In this document: positions 9,221-19,872 of the stretch, piece after piece
Layout of the letters: the number at the start of each line of letters is the position of its first letter
Position numbering within the stretch: the first letter of the stretch is position 1
Translations under genes and position numbers: made by a program
Notes under the pieces: generated by a model
The model's input: only the letters and a program-made list of their open reading frames with translations
Database searches by the model: none
What the model was told of the DNA's origin: nothing
NCBI GenBank assembly: GCA_041651395.1
Contig: JBAZJI010000001.1
Location: forward strand, 379,920 to 443,919
Length of the DNA stretch: 64,000 nucleotides
From: Minisyncoccota bacterium
GTDB lineage: Bacteria; Patescibacteriota; Minisyncoccia; Minisyncoccales; JAGOPM01
Reading direction: 5' to 3'

Positions 9221-9369
9221 GCAACTGTTTTGTAAGCCGGTCGCCTTTGGCGAACCAGGCCGTCTTTCCGCTTAGAGTATCGGCCACCGCCGATAATTTA
9301 GTAATTTGTTTACTAAAGTAAACAAGGCGGTAAACAGTAGGTCGGGGGTTCAAATCCCTTCACCGGCTC
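9221..9369 (+). pseudogene. tRNA-Thr fragment (anticodon arm to 3' end) with an insert of about 98 nt in the anticodon loop
   Basis: GCAACTGTTTTGTAA (9221-9235) and ACAGTAGGTCGGGGGTTCAAATCCCTTCACCGGCTC (9334-9369) are identical to the intact gene. There is no acceptor 5' strand or D-arm. Confidence 0.65.
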
Positions 9370-9430
9370 ACTTTATAAAAACGCCATGCAAGTGGCGCTT
9401 TTATAAAATGGAAATTTAACTCTGTTGTTA

Positions 9431-9458
9431 TTGACATTTTTTGAATAAGTTATATAAT
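9431..9458 (+). promoter_or_regulatory. Sigma-70-type promoter (TTGACA-N16-TATAAT)
   Basis: Consensus hexamers at 9431-9436 and 9453-9458. Followed by a leader hairpin plus T-run at 9468-9504. Confidence 0.6.
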
Positions 9459-9545
9459 ATATTTATAGTAACACTTGAAAGATTTCGAGTGCTTACGTTT
9501 TTTTCAAAATTTAATAACGCATAAATATGCGGACAGGAGGATATA

Positions 9546-10874
9546 ATGACGGATAAGGGTGGTTGCTTTGGCCATAAAACGTGGCAAAGCGTTGAGTTTC
9601 CTGATGTATTTCCCAATCGAAAACGCCAAAGGATAATCGGAATGACGTTCCCGCGCTGTGACTTAAGCCTGGGGTTAGAGCCCTCAATTTTAACGGTACT
9701 GCCACCGGGTGACAATGTTGAGTACAATTTGACAAATGATTGTTTTAATGACGACGATGTAGAATATTACCTCTGCTCTGTTTATATCAGTGGACTTGAT
9801 GAATTCATTAAATGGGCCTCCAAACATGATAAAAACAAGATCGTGGTTGGCGGTTATCACCCAACAACATTTCCCGAAGATTTTACTCAACATGCTTTCA
9901 AGATAGTTCGGGGCCCTTGCGACGATTTTTTTGCAACCATCGCGCAATCCGGGCAAGTCGTTTTTGGGGTTACGAATTACCTCAATCTCCCGCGCCGAGA
10001 CCTTTATGACATGGCGTGCAATCAGCAAATTATACCCGACAAGCAAAAGGAGGATACTGTCGTATCAATTAATACTTCTTTAGGTTGCAACACAAAACCG
10101 CCCTGCGATTTTTGCTGCACCCCTATGATGTGCGCCAAGCTTTTATCCAAGCCGATAGAAGTTGTGAAAAATGAGACCTTGGAACTTGTGAAGTATAATC
10201 CCAAATTTATGTTTATTCGGGATGAAAATTTTACAATGCAGCCTGATTGGCGCCAACGCCTCATCTTAATGCATGGTATTTTGCCGAACACAAAGATTTA
10301 TCTTTTTGCTTCGGCTAATACTTTTACCAAGGAAGCGGCGAAGTTCATGTCAGAAAACGGCGTGTATATGGTTTGTTTGGGCCTTGAAGATCCAACAGTC
10401 CATTATGGGAAAAATCGGAATTTAGACAATGTCGTATCTTGGCTTAAGGAGTATGGGATCTATGTCTATCTTTCATTTATTGTTAACCCCTTGAATATTA
10501 TTGGCCGGCAAAAAGCTGAACAATTCTATAAAATCCTAATGGATAGAATTTTTGAGCTGGCTCCGGAAATGATATGTGGCAATTTTTTGATGCCATTTAG
10601 GGGAACCAAGATTTGGGATATCTACTATGCCCATGTTTCAAGAGAAGACTACAAATTCTATGACTCCAAAACACCTTTTCTAGTGCACAACGAAGTTGTG
10701 CGCGAGAAGATGAAGTTTTTTCTCTTCTGGTATCAGTGGCAATATTTCACCTCTGACTTTTACAACAGTAAGGTCAGAAAATTCGACACTGGAGACACTC
10801 TACATTTAAGATTTCTGGAACTCTATGACGTTTTCCGGAAGAAGTATGAGTTGATCTGGAATGAGAGGGCATAA
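9546..10874 (+). CDS. B12-binding-domain radical SAM protein (class B-like)
   Basis: 442 aa. VVGGYHPTTFPEDF resembles a cobalamin-binding domain. Cys cluster SLGCNTKPPCDFCC (Cx5Cx2C spacing). AGGAGG SD. Confidence 0.65.
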   Translation: MTDKGGCFGHKTWQSVEFPDVFPNRKRQRIIGMTFPRCDLSLGLEPSILTVLPPGDNVEYNLTNDCFNDDDVEYYLCSVYISGLDEFIKWASKHDKNKIVVGGYHPTTFPEDFTQHAFKIVRGPCDDFFATIAQSGQVVFGVTNYLNLPRRDLYDMACNQQIIPDKQKEDTVVSINTSLGCNTKPPCDFCCTPMMCAKLLSKPIEVVKNETLELVKYNPKFMFIRDENFTMQPDWRQRLILMHGILPNTKIYLFASANTFTKEAAKFMSENGVYMVCLGLEDPTVHYGKNRNLDNVVSWLKEYGIYVYLSFIVNPLNIIGRQKAEQFYKILMDRIFELAPEMICGNFLMPFRGTKIWDIYYAHVSREDYKFYDSKTPFLVHNEVVREKMKFFLFWYQWQYFTSDFYNSKVRKFDTGDTLHLRFLELYDVFRKKYELIWNERA

Positions 10875-11407
10875 TGGAAAAACTTGTCGTTATCAATGGA
10901 AGCCATCACAAGCAAGGAACGACCACGAAGTGTTTGGAGGCTATCGCCGAAAAACTATCTGAAAAATATAATCTTGAATCGGAGTTTTTCTGGTTGAAAG
11001 ATAATATTCGCTCTTGCGTCAGTTGTGGGCCGGCGAATTGTATTGCGTGGTGCCGCTTTCAAGATCAATTCCAAGAGATTGCCAAAGCCATACAAGCCGC
11101 ACCAATGGTTTTGATAGGCAGTCCGGTTTACCTAGATCTCCCGACATCAAAAACTGTCGCTTTTCTCTCCCGCCTTAACAGTTTGGCAGAACCTACTAAC
11201 CGCGAATTCTTCCGTGGTAAAAAGGTATATTTACATGCCAATGGATATTGCAGCGGTACAAAAGCGGTAATCAATGCAATGCGTGGAGCGGTAGAAATGT
11301 TGGGCTTTGATTGTGATGGGCGCTCATCAACCGAATATGTAGAAATTTGGAAAGACAGAAAAATTCGGGGCGGTATGAAGCGCGAAGATTCCTGTTACTT
11401 GAAATAA
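10874..11407 (+). CDS. Flavodoxin-like fold / iron-sulfur flavoprotein-type NAD(P)H-FMN reductase
   Basis: 177 aa. VVINGSHHKQGTT and GSPVYLDLPTSK are flavodoxin-like motifs. Cys cluster CVSCGPANCIAWC. Start overlaps the radical SAM stop (TAATG). Terminator at 11410-11432. Confidence 0.6.
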   Translation: MEKLVVINGSHHKQGTTTKCLEAIAEKLSEKYNLESEFFWLKDNIRSCVSCGPANCIAWCRFQDQFQEIAKAIQAAPMVLIGSPVYLDLPTSKTVAFLSRLNSLAEPTNREFFRGKKVYLHANGYCSGTKAVINAMRGAVEMLGFDCDGRSSTEYVEIWKDRKIRGGMKREDSCYLK

Positions 11408-11539
11408 AATACGCGGGCAAACTGCCCGCTTTTTAGTTAAATAAAATAATGAGTTCTTACACCAATCTTATCTTTGCAGACTTTTGGAGAAAATCAGCCG
11501 CTATCTCGGGGTACGTGTACCCGGATTGGCTTTGGGGTA

Positions 11540-11568
11540 TTGACAGTATTTTCTTGGTCTGCTAAACT
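11540..11568 (+). promoter_or_regulatory. Candidate 16S promoter (TTGACA-N17-TAAACT)
   Basis: Hexamers at 11540-11545 and 11563-11568, upstream of the rRNA precursor stem. Confidence 0.5.
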
Positions 11569-11723
11569 GCCAACACGTGACTAACCACGTCACTAGATCG
11601 TTTCAAATTGAATAACCACCTAAATTATTGATTTATATTTTTGGTGCCAGCCAAAAATATATTAGACGAAGCAATTTTTTGCGGCATTGGCCGTTAAAAG
11701 TTGTTTCATTATACGTTTATTTT

Positions 11724-13200
<1,477 letters not shown>

Positions 13201-13453
13201 TATTTTTTCATCTTTTTTCTTCGGAAAAATGCATGAAAGAAAAGGCGATAGGGTTTGAGAACTGGAATTCCGTTCTTAAATTCACAACTTAGCCTTACCC
13301 TTTGGGGCATCTTAGGAAATACCGAAGGGGACGTATAATGGACAACTTTTAGTGGCAAATGTTTTAGATGGTTATTCAATTTGAAGCGAAGCCCGCCGAA
13401 AGGCGGGTTTTTGCGTGTAATAAAAAACAGCTTAGTTAAAGCTGTTATGATGA

Positions 13454-14023
13454 TTAAACTTCAAGAATGGTAAAACCTCCGTTTTGTTCCAGTGTTTCAA
13501 TGGCGGCCCGGATAAACTCGCGGCGGAATTTGCGCACAACTCTTCTTTGCGGATCGGTTTTGAGTATTTTGTCCAATTCCCAAATGCGGATAAAAATCCA
13601 ATCAAGGAAATCGACAAAATCATATTCATTGATGATATCCCGGAAGTGTTTAGCCTCCTTGCGCCGAAGGTGAAAATATTCCTTGCGTAGCTTGTTGCAC
13701 TGCACGATTTTTCCCAAAAGCTTAAGTAAGTCTGAATAGATCCGCTTGTTTATCTTTTCTTTAATGCCCAGCTCATTAACAATACAGATGACCACCTCTT
13801 GTGGAAAACGCTCATTAAAGGGCTCGTGGAAAGAAAAATGTTCCTCGGGCGGCGGACGCGGCAGGCTATGCGAAAACGGCATGTCTCCCAGCTCTTCATC
13901 TTTCATGCGGACTCGTGGGGCAATGTGATGCCTCGAAGTCCTTTTTGTATACGAGTGCCGTTTTTGATTGGGTGAGATAATTTTTGAGTAACGGCAACCC
14001 AGCGAAACGGTAGCGGGTCCCAT
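13454..14023 (-). CDS. Hypothetical protein
   Basis: The ORF is open to 14029. The second ATG (14023) is preferred because AGAAAGGAGG lies 6 nt upstream. No recognisable motif. Confidence 0.5.
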   Translation of the reverse strand: MGPATVSLGCRYSKIISPNQKRHSYTKRTSRHHIAPRVRMKDEELGDMPFSHSLPRPPPEEHFSFHEPFNERFPQEVVICIVNELGIKEKINKRIYSDLLKLLGKIVQCNKLRKEYFHLRRKEAKHFRDIINEYDFVDFLDWIFIRIWELDKILKTDPQRRVVRKFRREFIRAAIETLEQNGGFTILEV

Positions 14024-14195
14024 AAGCATCCTCCTTTCTTGATAATGGACTGCCTAATTTTAAGCGACAAGCAAAGTTTAGGGCAAATTGCTTTTCCCCA
14101 ACAAAAATGGTAAAAAATTTGTGATGGATTTGTCAATCGATAAATATACTTGCATTTAAGTGGGCTGCGTGCTTATATGGTGGCAAGACAAATAT

Positions 14196-15059
14196 ATGGA
14201 CAAAGTATTAATTTCAAGGTTGTTGAAAATCGGCGGTATTATCGCTGCCTTTGCAATACTATTTGCAGTTGATGCTTGGCTTTACGAAAATAAAAATAAT
14301 AAATTTCCTCCCGTCAGGAGCGAGCTCGAAGAAGAGGAACAGTTTACGGAGGAGGCTGATTTAGGTGGTGATCGGACTGTAGGCGGGCAGATAGCAACAA
14401 AAGAGGAATTTTCAAATAACGAAATTGAAGATGCGAACTCTGATACACAACAAAAACCTTCAGAGATTACAATAAAAAGTAGTGAGATAAAAATCAGCAG
14501 CAAGCCCTCCATAAAACCGCAAGTGGCCGGAGTTAATAGTGTTCTGACAGAAAAAATCCAATATCAAATATTGGCGCCAAACATTTCGCGGGCTATGGGG
14601 TTTTCTTTCAAATATCCGGCCAATATTTTTAAGGTCAGTGCGGGCAAGACGAGCCTTTTACTTTTTAGCCAATATTCCTTTATCAGTAACTTTTCCGGGC
14701 TTTCGGGTCAGAAAATGTCTCATAACTATTCCATTGAATTTGTAAATTATAACAGCGATTTACAGGAGGCGCTCAAAAAAGAAATGCCTTATGCGGTCGG
14801 GCAGATTTTTAAGGATGGGAAATTTGTTCCCGTTCCCGGTTACGCAGAAAAATTCTCATTGGCCGGCCAAGATGGTTTTGTGGTAATGGAGGGTGCGGAG
14901 GGATTGAATATGCATTACTTTTTCTTGCCCAAAACAGCCAAGACGTCACTGGTTATTAGGTTCAAATTTATTGGAGAAAACCTAAAGCCCAAGCTTTCGG
15001 AAATCGAGCAGAAAAAATATTTTAACGAAGTATTATCATCGTTAGTAATAAAGAAATAA
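14196..15059 (+). CDS. Membrane-anchored/secreted hypothetical protein
   Basis: Internal ATG of ORF 14160-15059. TM segment IGGIIAAFAILFAV followed by an acidic linker. Terminator at 15074-15100. Confidence 0.5.
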   Translation: MDKVLISRLLKIGGIIAAFAILFAVDAWLYENKNNKFPPVRSELEEEEQFTEEADLGGDRTVGGQIATKEEFSNNEIEDANSDTQQKPSEITIKSSEIKISSKPSIKPQVAGVNSVLTEKIQYQILAPNISRAMGFSFKYPANIFKVSAGKTSLLLFSQYSFISNFSGLSGQKMSHNYSIEFVNYNSDLQEALKKEMPYAVGQIFKDGKFVPVPGYAEKFSLAGQDGFVVMEGAEGLNMHYFFLPKTAKTSLVIRFKFIGENLKPKLSEIEQKKYFNEVLSSLVIKK

Positions 15060-15162
15060 ATTTGATTGCTAAAAGCCCCACCCAATAATCGGTGGGGCTT
15101 TGACTTTAGGGCTTTTTGTGCTTAAATGCTTTTGTTCTTTGATTACTTAAAAAGGAGGAAAA

Positions 15163-15828
15163 ATGAATCGCAAATTCCCAAGTATGGAGCCGGATTCGGT
15201 TGATGAGACTTTGCAGATCCGACCAATGACCAATGATGGCCGGCAAATTATGCCGGCTAGGGAGCGAATGCCTCAAAAATGTTTTGATGAAGCATGCAAG
15301 TTTAATGTTTTTGGCTATGTTGCGGTGATTATCGAGGAAGATTCGCATTTATTTTTTAGCAATAATGCCCGAAGGGATCCGGTAATCTGGATTGCGGATA
15401 CCAGGATGTTTATGGGGGAAACTATTGCCGATGCAGCCGCAAGAACGATTCGAGAAAGGTTTTCTTTTGAATGTGACAAGGCGCGCTTCATTGAAACCGG
15501 CCGTTACGTGTCAGGAGTATTTGGGGCCAACAGCCAAACCAAACAGCCAGTTCATAAGCTGATATTGATTAATGCTTTGCTGATAACATCTAAGGAACGC
15601 AAAGCTTTGAAGATCAGCGGAAAGTATGATGGCTATCATTGGCTTTTAGCGGGAGAACCTTTGCATAGCAAAAGTTCTAAATATGCCCCGCTTCTCCGGC
15701 AGATTTTGGCCAAATACGTTGATTGGATACGCAAAGAAGGCAAAAAACCCTATCATGAAATGCTGGAAAAAATCCGTGCCCAGAACGAAAAAGACCTGAA
15801 GGATGAAAAGAATTCCTCTTTAATCTAA
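15163..15828 (+). CDS. Hypothetical protein, possible degenerate Nudix-like fold
   Basis: AGGAGG SD. GETIADAAARTIRERFSFE weakly resembles a Nudix box, but the key Glu residues are not all present. Confidence 0.4.
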   Translation: MNRKFPSMEPDSVDETLQIRPMTNDGRQIMPARERMPQKCFDEACKFNVFGYVAVIIEEDSHLFFSNNARRDPVIWIADTRMFMGETIADAAARTIRERFSFECDKARFIETGRYVSGVFGANSQTKQPVHKLILINALLITSKERKALKISGKYDGYHWLLAGEPLHSKSSKYAPLLRQILAKYVDWIRKEGKKPYHEMLEKIRAQNEKDLKDEKNSSLI

Positions 15829-15902
15829 GCCCCCCTAAAAGGGCTTTTTTCTTTTGTGCAAAAAAGGCTTGACTGGGGTTTTGGTCCCGGTAAAATAAAG
15901 AT

Positions 15903-16199
15903 ACAAGCTTTAGGGAAAATTTTTCCTAACTGCGCGCGCACCTTCTAAATCTGCATCAGCAGACTCTAAGATTAAAACAAGCCGACTTACTTATATTTTG
16001 TTTTCCGGATTAAGGAAAACTCACTCGATTGATTTGCCACAAAAGTCAATCATTTCATTTTCATTCTCATATAGAATTACGTTTTCGCTCGAGCAAAAAT
16101 CCGTTTCAAACAAATATAAGCCAAAAAAGCTACATAATATCTTAGTATCAGCTGCTGAAAAATCTCTTAAACGGCGCCCCAACAGGCGCCTTCCTTTTT
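15903..16199 (+). ncRNA. Candidate non-coding transcript (orphan promoter-to-terminator unit)
   Basis: TTGACT-N16-TAAAAT at 15869-15896 and terminator GGCGCC-CCAACA-GGCGCC-TTCCTTTTT at 16173-16199. No SD-led ORF inside. The family is not recognised. Confidence 0.25.
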
Positions 16200-16272
16200 C
16201 TTTGTTAATATTGACACATTAAAATATTTATTGTATTTATTAAGTATTAAAAATTATATAAGGAGGAAATGG

Positions 16273-16722
16273 ATGAGAACAATTTGGGACCTTATCCCGC
16301 CATATGATCGCGATGAGTATGCGGCAGCATTGGTAAGCGACGTGAACCGTAACGTGGCTATTTATTCGGAAGAGGCAAAGAAAACCGACGATAAGATGAA
16401 ATTGGTGGAGCTGATTTTACTCAAGCTTGGACACTTCAACGAGAAGTATCCGTTCTTCCTGCTTAACCATCATGCCAGAAAACTTCTCGAAGGCGCCGAG
16501 GTAGAAACCACCAACGAAAAATCCGCTTGGAAGATGCTCAAGAAATTTACCTTGCCCGGCGGAAGAGTGGTTTTGGAAAAGGTGCAGGATTCCGAAAGGA
16601 ACATTAAGATCGCCAGCCGAACATTCCTCAAGCTGGTTGACGAGAATGGCCAAGACATTCCAGAGACTGTTTGGACCGATGTGCAAAAGCTCAATACTTT
16701 ACATCTAGCTATTGGTAGTTAG
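16273..16722 (+). CDS. Hypothetical protein
   Basis: Internal ATG with AAGGAGG upstream. Terminator ACCCCG-TTATGCG-CGGGGT follows. Confidence 0.5.
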   Translation: MRTIWDLIPPYDRDEYAAALVSDVNRNVAIYSEEAKKTDDKMKLVELILLKLGHFNEKYPFFLLNHHARKLLEGAEVETTNEKSAWKMLKKFTLPGGRVVLEKVQDSERNIKIASRTFLKLVDENGQDIPETVWTDVQKLNTLHLAIGS

Positions 16723-16826
16723 CGTCAAAAAATTAACCCCGTTATGCGCGGGGTTCTTTATTTAATAATTTGACTTTGGGCCAAGGCTAAGTTATAAAAT
16801 GGCACATTCAAAATTTAGGAGGCGAA

Positions 16827-17429
16827 ATGGAGAACGATGATTATGACTTAGATTATGTGCGTAAATGTGCTGCGAAATGGCAGCTTGCATTTTTTATCGC
16901 AATGGCTTTGTTGCTTATCTCTCTGCTTATTATTTGGATGATTTGCGACAAAAATGTTTTAGTGCCAAAGGGGCAGGGTTATGACGGCAAAAACAAAATA
17001 TTCATCGAATATGTCGGTGAACCGACCCCAGTGCAGTCGCAAAACGAAGGATCCGCGGTTGTTGCAGAGAAGGCTTGGCGCTTCGAGCAAAAAATTGTTG
17101 CCACACAGGAAACGGACCAATCTTTAATTGCTAAAATCCAGCAAGCTAAGGATGAGGAGAAAATCATAGTGGATAAGGTAAAAGAATTGTATCGCAACGG
17201 CAACACGGTTTATGTTTTGACCGCTGCGGGCAGCTCTTTGGCCACTAATGAATACTACTACCTGTGGCGGGACAAATTTGAACGCAAAGATATCTCCTTT
17301 TACTTCGGGAATTATGCATCGGCCTATATTTTCACTTTTGTCGACAAGCCTCAAAAACCGGTATTTTATATTCCTGCTTCATGGCAAAAAGAATGCCAAA
17401 ATGTTTTCGAAAAACAAAAACCCCGCTGA
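16827..17429 (+). CDS. Membrane-anchored hypothetical protein
   Basis: AGGAGG SD. TM segment LAFFIAMALLLISLLIIWMI. Confidence 0.5.
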   Translation: MENDDYDLDYVRKCAAKWQLAFFIAMALLLISLLIIWMICDKNVLVPKGQGYDGKNKIFIEYVGEPTPVQSQNEGSAVVAEKAWRFEQKIVATQETDQSLIAKIQQAKDEEKIIVDKVKELYRNGNTVYVLTAAGSSLATNEYYYLWRDKFERKDISFYFGNYASAYIFTFVDKPQKPVFYIPASWQKECQNVFEKQKPR

Positions 17430-17446
17430 TAAGCAGGGTTCTTTTA

Positions 17447-18430
17447 TTATTTGAGGTAACCGTTTTCCTTATACCATTTAACTCCACGCTTGATGGCTTC
17501 GCGGATTGGGGTATAAACCAGCCCTAGTTCTTTAATCGATTTTTTGTTGTTGAAGTAAAATTTGATGCCGTGGAATTTAACCATGTCCAAAGTCATTTTT
17601 GGGCGGCCACCGGTTGCCCTCTTAAGTAAATCATTGGCGGCAGTCATTATCCATAAAATAAACTCTGGTAGGGGGATAAAAGGCGCTTGCGCTCCAATTT
17701 CTTGAGCGATTATTTTTTTGAGGCGATAATAAGAAATATTTTCCGCGCAAATGATATAGCGTTGGCCTTTTTTGCCATTTTCGATAGCTAAGCAGATGGC
17801 ACGGGCCACATCTTTAACGTCGACAACCGATTGCCCATTTTGGGGATAAAAAATATTATAAGGGAAACTGAATTTGAATAGGGAATCGGTAGTAATCCGG
17901 CGAATATCGCCATCACCATGCATGGAGGCGGGGCATAAGATGGTGGCGTCCAGGCCTAAGGTTACGGCTTTGAGCACTTCCTGCTCGCCGAAATATTTCG
18001 AGTCGCAATAGGCCACATTAAGCTTAGCCAAATTATAAACGGTATTTTCATCGGCAGGGGTATGGTCTTCATTATAACCAATGGTTACCGTGGAGCTGAT
18101 ATGGATAAGTTTTTTGATTTTATTTTTAAGGCAAGCCAAGGCGACATTTTTTGCCCCCTGATGGTTAACCTTAAACATTAAGTCGTTTTGCTTGCGCCAA
18201 TAGCTTACGATTCCGGCCATATTGACGACCGCATCATAGCCAATGATAAGTTTCTCTAACTGTTTTGCATCCGTAACATCCCCGAAAACCAGTTTAATTT
18301 TATTAGTATCTAAAAGTTCGGTTTTTGAAGTATCGGGCACCATAACCGTGACCTCGTGACCTTCAGAGATGAGTAAATTGGCCGTGTGATGGCCCAGAAA
18401 ACCTGAACCGCCTACAATTAATATCTTCAT
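17447..18430 (-). CDS. NAD-dependent epimerase/dehydratase (extended SDR)
   Basis: Start taken at MKILIVGGSGFLGHH (Rossmann GxxGxxG). YxxxK in AYCDSKYFGE. Confidence 0.8.
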   Translation of the reverse strand: MKILIVGGSGFLGHHTANLLISEGHEVTVMVPDTSKTELLDTNKIKLVFGDVTDAKQLEKLIIGYDAVVNMAGIVSYWRKQNDLMFKVNHQGAKNVALACLKNKIKKLIHISSTVTIGYNEDHTPADENTVYNLAKLNVAYCDSKYFGEQEVLKAVTLGLDATILCPASMHGDGDIRRITTDSLFKFSFPYNIFYPQNGQSVVDVKDVARAICLAIENGKKGQRYIICAENISYYRLKKIIAQEIGAQAPFIPLPEFILWIMTAANDLLKRATGGRPKMTLDMVKFHGIKFYFNNKKSIKELGLVYTPIREAIKRGVKWYKENGYLK

Positions 18431-18596
18431 AACAATATGCCATCTTACCAAAAAGGGGATATATTTTCCACAGGGGGATATTTTCAAAATAAAAGACTTG
18501 CTATAATAAGGCACAAGGTCGCGGGCCTGTAAAAGGCCTCAGTTATTAAAATAATCCCGCCCTGCCCGGGCATAAGGCAGGAAAAAAGTAATAAAC

Positions 18597-19280
18597 ATGA
18601 TTGATTTTAATGCATTCGTGACACCGTTTCAGGCGACCCTCGTGGACTCCCTGACTGCGGTTGTTCTTTTCCTGCCCAAGCTGATCCTGGCCCTTCTTGT
18701 TGCTTGGATCGGTTTCTGGATTGCGGGACTATTCGGCAAAGTCATTTCTGAGATTATCAAAGCCGTCAAATTTGATAAGATCTTTGAAGACAAGGGCTGG
18801 AGTGAAGCCCTCAAGAAAGCCGACATCGATGGCGCCCCTTCTTCATTTATTGGCGCGATCATCAAGTGGATTTTTGTCATCATTTTCTTAGTGATGATTT
18901 CGGACATTTTGGGTTTAGGGACATTTAGCGTTCTTCTTAAGGAGATCGTTGCCTACTTGCCCAATGTTGCCATTGCTTCTTTGCTTTTTGTGGCCACTGT
19001 CATTATCACTGACCTTGTTGAGAAAGTGATCGTGGTCTCCATTGGCGGAATGAAAGTTAGCTATGCAACGGCTATCGGTTCTGTGGTCAAATGGGCTATT
19101 TGGATTTTCTCCATTTTTGCCATCATGGACCAGCTAAGAATCGCCCCTTACATTGCCCAGACTTTGTTTGCCGGAATTACTTACTTCTTCGTTTTAGCCT
19201 TGGGCCTTGCCTTTGGGCTTGGCGGAAAGGAAGTGGCTGGAGATATCTTAAAAGATATCCGCGACAAATTCCGCAAGTAA
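18597..19280 (+). CDS. Integral membrane protein (multi-TM; small-conductance-channel-like TM repeats)
   Basis: 227 aa with at least 5 hydrophobic helices. Terminator at 19293-19320. Confidence 0.5.
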   Translation: MIDFNAFVTPFQATLVDSLTAVVLFLPKLILALLVAWIGFWIAGLFGKVISEIIKAVKFDKIFEDKGWSEALKKADIDGAPSSFIGAIIKWIFVIIFLVMISDILGLGTFSVLLKEIVAYLPNVAIASLLFVATVIITDLVEKVIVVSIGGMKVSYATAIGSVVKWAIWIFSIFAIMDQLRIAPYIAQTLFAGITYFFVLALGLAFGLGGKEVAGDILKDIRDKFRK

Positions 19281-19335
19281 TTTGCAATTAAAAGAACCCG
19301 CCTTTATTGGGCGGGTTTTTTGATAATTGCTAATA

Positions 19336-19731
19336 TTACTTGATTGTAAGCGTGTAGTTGGTTCCATCGCTGGTAATTTGTACTTTGTTTGGATCTGATT
19401 TTCCGGATTCAGTAAAGAGCACCTTAACATTTGGAAGAATTTTTGGAAGTACAAAATAGCGGATGCAATCACCTTCGTATCCCGAGCATGATTCGAGAAC
19501 GTGATATCCAAGTGAACCGATGCATGGTTTTTCGTCGACAAGCTTTGCGCGTCCAAAAACAAGTCCGCCTAGTTTTTCTACCAATCCTTGCCCGGGGGAG
19601 TACCTCATCGTCAGAACGATTCCACTTCCATCAAAGACTCGGCTTTCGGTCAAATTAAAGCTTTGCCAGTCAAAGATATCCGTCTCAAATAAGACCTCAT
19701 TTTCATTTTTATTCTTCGTTTTGTTTCGCAA
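19336..19731 (-). CDS. Hypothetical protein (TTG start)
   Basis: 131 aa. AAGGAGG lies 5 nt upstream of the TTG. Confidence 0.45.
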   Translation of the reverse strand: MRNKTKNKNENEVLFETDIFDWQSFNLTESRVFDGSGIVLTMRYSPGQGLVEKLGGLVFGRAKLVDEKPCIGSLGYHVLESCSGYEGDCIRYFVLPKILPNVKVLFTESGKSDPNKVQITSDGTNYTLTIK

Positions 19732-19843
19732 AACAACCTCCTTAAAGATCTATTTACTATAACGATGTTATAGCGATATTTATAGATTTGTCAAGAATAG
19801 TGGTATCGCTTGCGGTTTCCACAACTTAGCCGCCCTTAGGCTA

Positions 19844-19872
19844 TTGACAGTGTTTGTGGATTTTGCTAATAT
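19844..19872 (+). promoter_or_regulatory. Candidate 23S-5S promoter (TTGACA-N17-TAATAT)
   Basis: Hexamers at 19844-19849 and 19867-19872. Same TTGACAGT context as the 16S promoter. Confidence 0.5.

Noticed and set aside
14030-14039. CCTCCTTTCT sits on the + strand about 830 nt downstream of the 16S. Joining GATCA (13197) to it would recreate the canonical GATCACCTCCTTTCT tail, which would imply an intron inside the 16S 3' end.
   Set aside because: It is exactly the reverse complement of the SD (AGAAAGGAGG-N6-ATG) of the minus-strand ORF 13454-14023. It lies outside the rRNA precursor stem, which closes at 13332-13356. The intervening DNA shows no intron-like features that I can recognise. 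It remains only a low-probability alternative to test with RNA-seq.
15998-16222. A 74-aa TTG-start ORF in the 15.9-16.2 kb spacer.
   Set aside because: It has no SD and a low-complexity composition, and it reads through a strong intrinsic terminator. The region is treated as a candidate ncRNA instead.
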